DNA from: Ramazzottius varieornatus
Lineage: Eukaryota > Animalia > Tardigrada
Direction: 5' to 3'
Assembly (NCBI GenBank): GCA_001949185.1
Contig: BDGG01000003.1
Span: 2,173,663 to 2,237,662 of the forward strand
Length of the DNA stretch: 64,000 nucleotides
How positions within the stretch are numbered: the first letter of the stretch is position 1; every line of letters starts with the position of its first letter. The position numbers were made by a program, and so were the translations under genes. Shown here piece after piece: positions 51,001 to 62,524 of the stretch. The notes beneath the pieces are model-generated. The model was not told the origin of the DNA and did no database searches. It saw nothing but the letters and a program-made list of their open reading frames with translations.

Positions 51001-54000
51001 CAGCTTTGCATCTGGCAGCTGCAAATAACGCCAGCAAAGTCATCGAGTTCCTCCTAACTGCTGGCGCAACACTGCTGTTGAACAACAGCAAGCAGTCCGC
51101 CATCGACGTAGCCATCCAGAACAGACACCAGGAAGCGGCCACCTCCATGGTTCTCCATGATCGGTAGACAAGAACCACTGTACCAGCCCGCTAGAAGATT
51201 TCCTGCCTATGTATGTCCCGTTTGCCTCTAGATGGGAAGAAATTTTGACGCAGCTGTCTCCGACATATGGATGGCCGGTTCTTGGCCTGATTGAGCATCT
51301 ACCCGATGTGATGCTGGTACGACGGACCGTTTTCTCACATTCGATTGACAGCTAATCGTTCCCTTCCAGATTGCTTTGGATCGGTGCATCGTGCGTAAAG
51401 CCGACAGTCACCCACTGTCGCGGGAATTTTATGTAATGTCTGGCCTTTCAGCTGGATGATGTAGCAAGATTTTCTGACATGCGCAACCTTTTACAGATCG
51501 AATTCAGATTCAACCTGCTGGAACCACCAGGTCTCGAGAACGTGGCGTATGCCAACGAGCTGAACAGGGAAGCTCTCAAGGCGCTGAATGTAAGAAAGCT
51601 TCCAGCAGAAACACATGCTTTCTTGCATGTCATACCGTGCAATATGATGGGGTTCAACTTTGCTCGATTTTACTCAGGTTATGGTTCGTCATGGACGAAC
51701 CGATCTCTTAAGCCACGGTGTATGCAGCAGCTACATCAACAACAAATGGTAAGTGTAGGCTCGCGCGAGATTCTACCAAGTACGGAAGAGACCGACAATC
51801 CCATCCAATATTTTCCCGATAGGGCTCATTATGGCCTGCCCGTCTACGGCCTGAACTTGGCCGTTTACTCTCTGTTTCTGGCATTACTCACCTATCTCGT
51901 GATCTCGGGGGTTCAGTCATCCCTAGTGCCCAGCCTTAAAATAGCCAACTATGAAAACATTGTCGCCTTCTCCGATGAAAATAAGACATTTAACACACAA
52001 GATCCCCGTAAGTTAACCCGTATATCACAAAGTCGACATTTGTATGCAGGAGGTACAAAGATTATTCTGACAGGCATATCACGTTGGATGCCGGAGAAGG
52101 CTGGCAAGGTGACGGGCTTCAAATTGTCGGTCATGGTTCTCATCTGCATCTTTACCGGCCTCAACATGGCCAAAGAACTGATCCAGCTGTACCACCAGGT
52201 AAGTGAAAGTACAGCCATACCATAGTTGAAAATCAACAGCTGTCCTTTCTCTTTTACAGAGGGGACAATATTTTCGGGACTTCGCCAACTACATGGAGTG
52301 GTTCTTGTACATCTCATCCACCGTATTCGTCCTGGGTGGCTGCCAGGACTTTGAAGAGCCAGTCCTCTTCATCGGATGGAGAGTCCGTTGGCAGCTGGGA
52401 GCATTCGCCATCTTTATCGCTTGGTTCAACTTCATGCTGTACCTTCAACGGTAATATCCTACCCTCCCGTCCCTCCTTTCCTTCCAGTATCCAAGCTTTC
52501 GGCATTCTAGGTTTGGTCTGATGGGAATCTACGTGGTGATGTTCCTCGGCGTCTTGAAGACCCTGGCGCGAGCTCTGTTGGTCTTCGCCTGTCTGATCGT
52601 CGCCTTCAGCTTGGCGTTCCACGTGCTGCTACCGCTGAATCTCTATCCGAATGATGAGGACTTCTTTGACGTAAGGCTGGCCTTGAAAATACGGGACTTC
52701 GGCAAAAGAATTCGCCCAGATCGTTTTCTGGCGTGGCGCAAGCTTATGGCCCTCTATAAGGATAACGTGCGCCACTTGGGAGAACTTAGTTGCCGACGCT
52801 CATATCATAATAATTATCGTGATTGTTGAGAAGTAGTTAAGGTGGCATTTTTCTTCCAGAGACCGAACTTGGTCATCGACATCAACCAGCTCCGCACGGC
52901 GCATGGTCATGTGAGCCATTCTCTCATACGAGTGATCAGTATGCTCTTGGGTGACTTCGACACCATCAACAACTACATCAACCCGATGCTCGACCACACT
53001 ATGCCGTTTCCGGAAGTCACTTACTTTTTCTTCTTGGCTTTTGTTGTGACCGTCTCGATTCTTCTCATGAATCTACTGGCAAGACACTTTACCATGAACC
53101 TTCAGCTTACTGCATATGTCTTTGGTTGACTGTGTCTGTTGTAGATTGGTCTCGCAGTGGGCGACATCGAGCAAGTTCAGCGGGGCGCCACCTTGCGGCG
53201 TTTGGCCATGCAGGTCGACCTGCATACACGACTGGAAGCCAAGCTTCCTAAATGGTTCTTGCAGCGAGCCATGGTCACGGTCGACAGATTTTATCCGAAT
53301 GAGTGTTGTTCAAAAATCTTCTCCCGAAACGTAAGAAGTGTAAGAACCCCTACTTTTACCGTTCCCCTGCTCATCATACTTTCCTAGGTTGAAGCCTGTG
53401 TTGCTAGCTTTTGGTCGCACGTGAAGTGAACTTGAGTTTGCACAATTCTTCCCATTTTTCTTAGTTCTTACTGTCGATATGAAACTGAGTGAGTCTTCTT
53501 CTTTAGATTTGGTTCATTGCGAACAACCCATACGAAGCTGTGGTTGCCAACTCCAACGGACTCTTTGCTCTTGGCGGAGAACCGCGAACCTGCGCTCGTA
53601 GCGAGTTATACGAGAAGCAACGTAAAAAGTAAGGTATCCTCCAGTTTCCGAATTTCCGTACGAAACTGCGGAATAAACTGATGTCAGTACAACCCTGCCC
53701 GCTGGCTTTTTGAAAAAGGCAAAGTTCGACTTTCGAAGAAAAAAGCAATTGAGAAGACGATAAACGAAGCGTACAAGATTGTCGGGTTAAGTGGCGTACC
53801 TTCTCAGTGTTCTTGCACGGTAGCGTGCGCCGCCCAGGAGACGAGTCTCATGCATTACGTTTGCCAGCTTCCCGATTGTGCACTGTACACGCACGATGGA
53901 AATTATGGGACAGTAAAAATTATGGGACGGACGGAAATGACGACAAAATGGAAATTCGACCGTAGCAAAGTGTCGAAAAGTGTATCACTGTGAATCGGTC

Positions 54001-54323
54001 GAGTACGTAGGTGCTTCCGTACCGCCGTAGCGAAAATGCCTGTCCCTTAATTTCCCATTGTGCGTGTACCTCAGATTCAACTTCATCGTGTTCTTCATAG
54101 GTTAAAGGACATCCAGACAAAGCAGGATAAGCTGTACGATCTCATGCGTTTGATGGTCAAGAAAATGGACATCCACGAAGAAGCGGATCAGCTTGAAGAA
54201 GGGAGTAAGCGCACTGGGAGAATGTCGAAGAAGTACAAGGCTTGCACAGAAGCAATCCAGAAATGGGACAGTTCGGCAACCCAGGCTAAACTACAAGCTG
54301 TCAGGGCTTTTAGCACCAAATGA
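48033..54323 (+). CDS. TRPA1: TRPA1-like ankyrin-repeat cation channel (many short exons; start approximate)
   Basis: Numerous ankyrin repeats (TLLHYAA, TALHLAV, TPLHLSC, TPLHWAV..). TM exons 'NYMEWFLY' and 'GIYVVMFL..LKTL', S6/TRP-like 'LMNLLIGLAVGDIEQVQRGATLRRLAMQV', and a C-terminal coiled coil ending at 54323. Confidence 0.92.
49500..49625. repeat. Palindromic element copy 14 (TRPA1 intron)
   Basis: ggcaaacaactcgacaaga..agatcgtttgtccaagtggcgcacag..ctgtgcgccacttggaaagacagtcttgtcaagtctgtttgcc. Confidence 0.85.
52692..52801. repeat. Palindromic element copy 15 (TRPA1 intron)
   Basis: gggacttcggcaaa..cagatcgttttctggcgtggcgca..gtgcgccacttgggag..ttgccgacgc. Confidence 0.8.
53760..53875. repeat. 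Palindromic element copy 16 (TRPA1 intron)
   Basis: aagtggcgtac..gtgcgccgcccaggagacgagtct..tttgccagcttccc. Confidence 0.65.
53888..54066. mobile_element. 179-bp MITE, CACGCAC-terminated TIRs, TA TSD, in a TRPA1 intron
   Basis: TA|CACGCACGATGGAAATTATGGGACAG ... CTGTCCCTTAATTTCCCATTGTGCGTG|TA. Termini are related to the 27411-27735 element. Confidence 0.75.
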
Positions 54324-54549
54324 GCCACCTCAAGAAGCTCGCTTGCACTTCCCGAAAACTGACGCGCTTCTGCCGTGTAAATTATCGTTTCATGCTCGAA
54401 GCTTTCCACATTTTCTCCATGACACTGTTTACGTCTTCAATGATAAGGATCTTCAAGCTGCTGATGGAAATAAACATGCATATCTCACTACATAATTTAT
54501 AGTCGTATGCGGCAGATTAAGATGAGACAATATAAAAAAAACATAAAAA

Positions 54550-57500
54550 TCAAGCACTGGTTATTTTCTTCAACGTGGACATGACTTCTTCCAGTTTGGC
54601 TTTCTCGACTTCTTGCTGCTGGTATTTCTCTTGGTCTCGCTGCCGAACATCCTCCGGGACCTTGTCGGAGTACGCCGTCATGGACTTGCCCAGCTTGTCC
54701 ATGGTCACGTTAAGTTTGCTGAGCTTGTCAGTCAGACGTTCCAGCTCTAGTTTCGCGTCGATGTTCTGCAGGGACACGTTGATGGTGCACTTGTCACCCA
54801 CCGGCAATACGGCGGAATTACCTTCGACCTTCGTGCCTTCCGACGCGACGGAGACCTCACTTGACATCGTCAAGGTCCGAATGTAAATCTGGCGAAGAAA
54901 AGGAACGTCAGTAAAAAGAGGGCTGAGAATCGTTACATGGACATGCATACTTTGCATACTATAACGAACATACGGTTCATGGTATGCAGGTGGATGGAAC
55001 TCGGTCAAAATAACGGCTGAACACGCCTGCATACGTTGCCCAACGATAAACATACGACTGACAGCATACAGGACCGTGACAGCTTCGCAGATTAGTCCTA
55101 ACCAACCTATGTTCGTACCTCGAATGGTTTCAGTTCTTCTTGGACAGTCTCGTTCCGGCAGATGATCATCAATGGAACTTTCTCGCTCTTCTTGAAGTTG
55201 TAATCTGCTCGAAGCGAGCGGACTCCGTTGACAATCTTCATCATCAGGTCAACGCGAGCTTCCAGCTCCAGATTCATCCACGAACTGTGGGCAGCTGCTT
55301 CAGGATACGGAGTGACACAGATGCTCGGTGGGTCGCTCTTCGGGTTACGCCTTGGAAGTCGCTGGAAGAGCTCTTCGGAAATGAAGGGCATCAAAGGCGA
55401 GATCAACCGCAGAGCGATGTCCATTACGGTGTACAGTGTCTGTCTAAAGTAAGTACACATCGTAAAAACGCATTTAAAGCAGAGAATCGTGAAAACACTA
55501 AGCTTACTTTGCCGCCTCCTTCGCGAGTTCATCACTTCCGGTCAAGACAGCTTTACAACACTCGAGGTAAACGTCACACAGATCGTACAGCCAGAAGCTA
55601 TGGCAAGCTCTTGTCACACGGGACAAGTCGTACTCTCTGGAATAAGAAAAGACTGACAACAAGGAGCAGAAAAATCAACAAAAAATTTGGAGCTTACTGA
55701 AAACCGGAATCGCATTCGGTGACGGCGTTGGCAGCCCGACTAAGTATCCACAGGTCAACCGGGCTAAGTTTCAAGCCCGGAGGATCGAAGACCGCAACAG
55801 GTTTGAAGTCGGCACCGAGAGAATGCAGCATGGCGAAGCGTAAAGCGTTCCACAGCTTGTTACAGAAGAAGCGGTAACCTTGAATCTGACTGATGTCCAA
55901 GTTGATATCGGACCCTAAGAAGATCGTAATTCAGGTAAGAAAATTTCCCATGAGTTTGAAGAAATTCTCCATTGGACATCACACCTTGTTTCAGTCCCGC
56001 GCACAGACCGAAGCGAAGCGCGTCCGTGCCACATTCTGGTATGCCTTCGGGAAAGTCTTCTTTCTGCCCTTTCCTATTCGGAAAAACCGACATCGGTCCA
56101 GATGTCACACAATCAAGTGACAACAAGGAAACTTACTTGGCTTTTTCGATTTCTGTGGCGTCGAGATTGCCCGTGAGTAGCTGAGCATGGAGAGCGTCCA
56201 GCGTGATGCCTTCGATGACATCAATTGGGTCGATGACGTTTCCCAGGGACTTGCTCATCTTTCTGCCATGAGCGTCACGCACAATCGAATGCAGGTAAAC
56301 ATCCCTGAAAACATTAAACATGTTTGATCTGAGCTCAAATGAAAAAGAAGAAAACGGGAGCCTGTCAAGGAAACCGCCCTCGACTTCCCGGACCGGATCC
56401 AGCCGTAAATCCAGTGCGGTCAGCCAGCATGCAGATTCATGTAAGTCAGCCTACATTCCCTTTGCACCGTTCGAAAACACTCTGAGAGAGGATTGTATTA
56501 CTTAGCAGAAACTTTGGAAACTCGCGCGGAGTTCCAACTTACGAGAAAGGTAGTTTTCCGGTCAACTTCAGTCCCATCATGACCATTCTGGCCACCCAGA
56601 AGAACAGAATGTCCGAGCCGGTTTCCAGCAGCGACGTCGGGTAGTACCTCTCCAGATCTTCCGTCTTGTCTGGCCAACCGAAGACGGAGAAAGGGAACAA
56701 GGCGGAACTGAACCATGTGTCCAGCACATCTTCATCTTGAAAAAGTCCCACTGCTGTACGCGGCTTGGCATGCCGGTCAAATAACTCACTGATGTCGTCG
56801 ACGGGAACCTGGAACTTCTCGCTGGCTCGTTGCTTCACTTCCTCTAATGTCCGGCCACTAATCTGTTAGAAAAACACTCAACATTTGGCAGGACTTTCGC
56901 TGTAAATCGGAAAAACTTCATATCTCAATGCTCTGAAAAGTCGTAAAGTCGATGCTGAAAGAACCCTACCCAAATTTCCTTGTCAGAATCGTTGGCGTTG
57001 GTTTTATCCCTGAACGTAACCAAGTAGGCCGGGATGCGATGTCCCCACCATAGCTGCCGCGAAATGCACCAGTCGCGAATGTTGACCAACCAGTGGTCCC
57101 ATATCTTCGCGTGCATATCGGGTATCAGACGAAGAGCTTTGGTCTGGACCGCGTTTAACGCCTGCTCCGCCATGTCCCTACGCGAAGCAGAACACATTCG
57201 GCGTCCATCTTACCACAGTTCTCACAAGTAAATAGGTCACTAGAATATAATGTGCTTACTTGCAGTCGACGAACCACTGCGCCATGAGTAAAGGTTCCAC
57301 GATGTCCTTACTGCGGCTACAAACCGGAACAACCATAGGATTGTCAGCGACTCCTTTGAACAGATTCTTCTCTTTGATGGCCTCCAGTACGGCTTTTCTG
57401 GCCTGAAACAACAAACAGTAAGTAAGGATATTTGCAAACTCGACGAAACAGTCAAGAAGCATGCGATGGTTGGGAGACGGGCAGAAATATCGAGCTATCG

Positions 57501-59649
57501 CGTACTTACATACAACGAGACGTATGAACAAGAGGAAACTCAGGTATGCAGGTTCGTGCAAGACATTTCAAACAAGTGTCATGTTAGGACCTTACATCGA
57601 AACGTTTCATTCCGGAGAACTGCCCGCAGTTATCCCTCAGCGTGCCATCTTCTTTCAGAATTGTGATAACATCCAGGTTGTGACGCTGCCCAATGGCGTA
57701 ATCGTTGTGATCGTGGGCAGGAGTGATCTTGACGGCACCGGTACCGAACGTCAAGTCGATTTCTTTGTCGGCCACGATTGGCATTCTTCTATCCAAGAAC
57801 GGATGAAGCGCAAACCTTCCCTGCAAAAGCATACAGTGAGATTCAGATTCATTACTAGGAGTAGCTTCGCGAGCAAAATATACCACTAAGTGCTTGTATC
57901 GTTCATCGTCCGGATGCACAGCGATACCTGTATCGCCCAGCATGGTTTCGATGCGAGTCGTCGCAACCACGATCTCTTCCGAAGAATTCTCGATGGGATA
58001 AGCGAAGCTTATGATAACACCGAACTCGACCTAGAACGGAAAACAGGTAAGTACTCTTCGGGACAACAAGTAAAGACAATTGGGAATGCCAAGACAACAA
58101 AGAAACTGGAATTGTCCAATCCTGCATACACGAGCCCATTCATTCCCCGTCAATCTGTGTATGCAAGTAAGTGAGAGATTCAGCTATCAGTTGCGACAGG
58201 CTGTCATGTACCGGCATACACGGACCGTGACGGACGACGTACATTTATCTTATACGTCAGTACGCAGGTTCGGGCAGAAGACCGATGCACCAGTTTTACC
58301 TTGCTTGTGTAACCAGGAACGCTCAGGAAGGTTCTTCCCATCAGTTCCTTCTTCTCCACTTCGATGTCCGAGATGCACGACTTAAGAGTACACGACCAGT
58401 TGACCAATCTTTTACTTCGGTAGATAATGCCTTCGTCGTGCAAGCGGACGAACGCTTCAACGACAGCTTTGTTCAGCATCGGGTCCATCGTGAAGCGAAC
58501 ACGCTTCCAGTCAACAGATGATCCCATTCGCTTAATCTGGTCGTAGATGAAGTGTCCCTTCTCGTTCTTCCACTTCCACACTTCGTCCAGGAACTTCTCT
58601 CGTCCGAGCGTGTGGCGAGAGATGCCTGCTTTGGCAAGACGCTTCTCGACGACGACCTGCGTGGCTATCCCAGCGTGGTCGATGCCTGGAACCCAAAGAG
58701 AGACATCACCTCTCATCCTATGCCACCTGAAGATCAAAAGTAATGACAAGGACGTTTTTCGAGAAATTCTGTCGTAAAGAAGCTATAATTTCGCAAAATG
58801 AGAATGGCGAAATGATCTGAACGAAATCGTCATTCCATGTGGCGCACATATCCATTGCGATTGGATGAAAGTGCACGCCACCTGAAAAACGATCTAGTTC
58901 CACTCATTCTCCCACGTCGCAGACCCGAAAAATGAAATTGCGCATACCTTGTTAATGCATCTTCCACGGAGTTTGTTATAGCGTGGCCAAGATGTAGCGT
59001 TCCCGTGACATTAGGTGGCGGGATAACCATGACGAATTTTTCTACGAGTTAAATAACGTGTCGATGAATCATTGGGAATATTTCTGTCATTCGCGAACAA
59101 TAATTGCAAAATCCATTACCCTTCCTGCCGGGATTATGCTCCAGAGAATATTCGGGCGTGAAGAAGCCTTCCTTCTCCCACCACTCATACCACTGTGCTT
59201 CGACATAAGAGCGACGGTACGAAGGCGGGAAGCGGTAAAGGACGTTTTTCTTCTCACCTGACAATAAACAGAACAAAACGCTATAGTACAATCTCCATCC
59301 AACAAATTCTCTAGACACATTCAGATACTGCATCACCCGCTTGTTCCAGTGGCTGTGCTCGTACGAGAACGTATCAGAACTTACCGACGGTGTAGGCAGG
59401 ATCAAGCTGGAAGTCATCTTCGTTTTCTTCTTTCTTGACTTTCGCTGCCTTTTCTTCGACTTTCAGCTGGACTGCTGCCACGGGCTTCTCTTTTTTCGCC
59501 TGAAACTTCTCGAGCTTGTCCTTCTTCTTGGCTTCCTTCTTCAACTGGGTGGCAGACTTTTCCACAGGCTGATCACCGTCAACCTCCGCTGTTCCGTTCG
59601 TTTCCGGTTTCGTCATCACAGCCACATCTTTCGCGTCGCCAGCATCCAT
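54550..59649 (-). CDS. VARS1: Valine--tRNA ligase (multi-exon)
   Basis: HIGH motif '[13 protein letters not shown]', '[11 protein letters not shown]', '[15 protein letters not shown]', '[11 protein letters not shown]', '[10 protein letters not shown]' and a C-terminal coiled coil. Confidence 0.97.
58798..58922. repeat. Palindromic element copy 17 (ValRS intron)
   Basis: ctgaacgaaatcgtcattccatgtggcgcac..gtgcacgccacctgaaaaacgatctagttc. Confidence 0.8.
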
Positions 59650-60447
59650 TTCCGGTTGAACTAACGATATTCCTGCGCAAAGATCGCAAAGATACCCGTT
59701 CCCTTCCTAGCAGATCTCGCCCCGTATCAAGCTCAGGTGAATCTTGCGCTCAGATCTGGAGCAAAGCGACGTTACGCATGAACAGAAAATTGCGAGTAGA
59801 ACCGGAAGAAGTAGTCTGGTAGATGACTGAAGAAAGGTCCGAAAATTCTTTTTATACCGAAGTTTATGGCTGGCCTTGATTGCTGCGCTTTTTGATTGGT
59901 TAATCAAGCGTTGCCTTCCCCGACCACGTGATCGAAACAGCTGGACTACCACAGTTCGAAAGCAGGTGGTTCTGACGTCATATGTCTGGCTTACGACACG
60001 CGACCGGGATATTGCGACCGGTCAGCCTGTTGGCTCGTGACTTCCTGGTCTTATCAACCATGATTCGTGATGTCATCGCAGACCTCAGGTTTTTCGAGCG
60101 TACTCGCTAGAGGCAGGAGAGGTTTGTGTCAGATTTGGTCAAGTTGCAGCAATTACAGCTATTCGTGAAGGTAGGCATATATACATACCTCTGCATAGTC
60201 AGCCTCTCAGGGACGCGGAATGGGTTTTGAACCACCACAGCGCGGGACATCCGGAACAAGTTCAATTATGGGTTTTTGTGAGCACTAAGTTTTTGATCCC
60301 CAGTTTAATCCGCTATAGGAAACCATGCTTTATAACCGAGTCAAGTCAATGGCAAGAGCTTTGTCAAGATCACGTAAGGAATGAAAATAAAACTTTGGAT
60401 AACGAAATAAAACTTTGAACGATTTCGGCCACCGAAAGATTAAACAA

Positions 60448-60512
60448 AATTGTCATCACAGAAATTGTCAACAGAATTGTTCGTTGACAAAATTGTCAAC
60501 AAAATTGTCATC
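60448..60512. repeat. Cluster of AAATTGTCA-like short repeats downstream of the reductase gene
   Basis: aaattgtca four times, plus aattgttc and an inverted ttgacaa, within ~65 nt. Confidence 0.6.
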
Positions 60513-60569
60513 AGGTCATCTCAGCAGTAACTCAGCCGCGAGTCAGTTGCTTACATTGCTCGTTCCTGC

Positions 60570-62524
60570 TTACATCTCTCCTCTGTCATGTTCAGAGTTG
60601 AAGTCGATGATGGGTCCTATGGGGACGATACCTTTCGGGTTGATGTGAGTTTGGCTCTGGTAGTAGTGATTGACAATCTGGTCAATGTCAACCGTTTCAC
60701 CGATGACGCCAGTCTGGTAAATGTCCCGAGTGTAGCCCCAGATATTCTTGTAGTCGATGATGCGACGGCGATTGCACTACGACGAAAGGGGAAGTAAAAC
60801 GCCGTTAAAGAACTCATCCGTCAAAGGAAAGCGCAGCACGAACCTTGAAGTGAGTATTGTAGACAGTGTCGAAGCGAACCAGGGTCGTGAAGAGACGAAC
60901 ATCGGCTTCGGTCAACTGGTTCCCGGTCAAGAATCGTTTCGCGGACAGGATGGACTCAACCTGGAATAACCCGAGATACTAACCAAGACGTACGCTAGGT
61001 GAAAAATACCCCGGAAAAATTTACCTTGTCCAAGGCATCGAAGACAGCTTTAGCAGCAGGATCGTACGCTTCCTGTGTGGTCGCAAAGCCGGCTTTGTAC
61101 ACTCCGTTGTTGATATCACTAGGAAGGTGATTAACTTCAATGAAAAGATTCTCGGATGCGAAAGTGACAGCGCTTACCGGTAGACCCATTCGTTAATAGA
61201 GTCGATTTCCTTGCGTAGTTCGGCTGGATACAAGTCTAGCTTTCGCTGCTCGTCAGTCTTGCCAAATGCGTTGAACTCCGAGTTAAACATGCGCAGAATC
61301 TCAGAGCTCTCGTTGTTGACTATCTTTTTCTGTTTCTTATCCCACAGTACCTAGAGACGAACACGAAGCTACGATGACCAGAACTAGTCGGAGAGACGCT
61401 AAGAACTCGCCAAACGATTCCTACTAACCGGAACTGTGATGCGCCCGTCATAGTTGGCCTCCACCATCTGGTAGATTTCCTTCAGGGACGCCTTGCCGTT
61501 GACTGTGTCCGGAGTGCAGCCCGGTCGCTGTGGGTTGAACGCCCATCCTACAGGTACAGAACGGGAGTGTTAGGAAGGGCAAGGCAAGGTTACCAAGTTC
61601 TTCTCAGTCAACCTTTCTTGAGGTCCAGAAGCCAGTCCACGATGTCGACCGAAATGACATCCTCAAGTCCTTTGAGTTTCCGTCCAACAAGGGTACGGCT
61701 TGCCTGCAGTAAAACAGCATTCGTGAAGTTGCTGCAAGAGGTGGAATGCTCCGTGTGATAATTAGACAAGACGAAAGAAAATTTCGAGGCGTACCCAAGG
61801 ACAAGCCAGTGAAACATAGAGGTGGTATCTGCCGGCTTCCGCCGGGAACCCGCTGGAGCCGTCAACTAGAAAACAAAACGGTCAACTACAATCACCCCGA
61901 CATTACAGAAGAACTGGCTCACGGCGCTCCGTAGATCGAGAGCCAGCACTAGACCAAAGTAATAACAGCCTGCAGAAATTGCTAGCTTATGTGATGTGCG
62001 TGTGTGCCTACGGCGAACCCACGGTATTTCGATCAGGGTCTTTAGATAATGCGTGTGTGGCGCAAATTGGATATTGCGGCACGATACCGGCGGTACTGCT
62101 TCAGCCTGATGGATATCTTAACCCCGAACTCTCTACCTAACCCTGGCTGCATAGAATCAGATGGGTTGGAGTGTGAAAAGATCACTCTTCATACCTCAAT
62201 TTCAGACCAACCAAAACGAAAGGGACACCAAGAACCGAAATGCGAATTTCGAAGGGTGGATAACAAGAAAGTTGTTAATTTCTTCAACAACCTATTTAGA
62301 AATTACGGTTGGCATGGCTTTGATCTTTCTAGGAACAAAAGTATTCATGTACCTGTAATCCAGTTGCGGAAGGGAGTCTAAAGCAAAAAATTCTTGGTGA
62401 AGAAACAGCAAACTTGATAGATCCATGAAGCCCACTATCGTAATACTGTCTCACATCGTGGTCGCATTACCTCGTGACGGACGTATGCGCCAGTCCCGCC
62501 TTCCTTAGGCTTCTCGGATGTCAT
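60570..62524 (-). CDS. Glutathionyl-hydroquinone reductase (YqjG/ECM4/PcpF, xi-class GST)
   Basis: Spliced product [26 protein letters not shown] (25-nt exon 62353-62377)[27 protein letters not shown]..[53 protein letters not shown] at 60570-72. Confidence 0.93.

Noticed and set aside
59707-59952. Upstream ORF as a mitochondrial targeting exon for ValRS
   Set aside because: I could not find an ATG-initiated, in-frame spliced path to the ValRS ORF.
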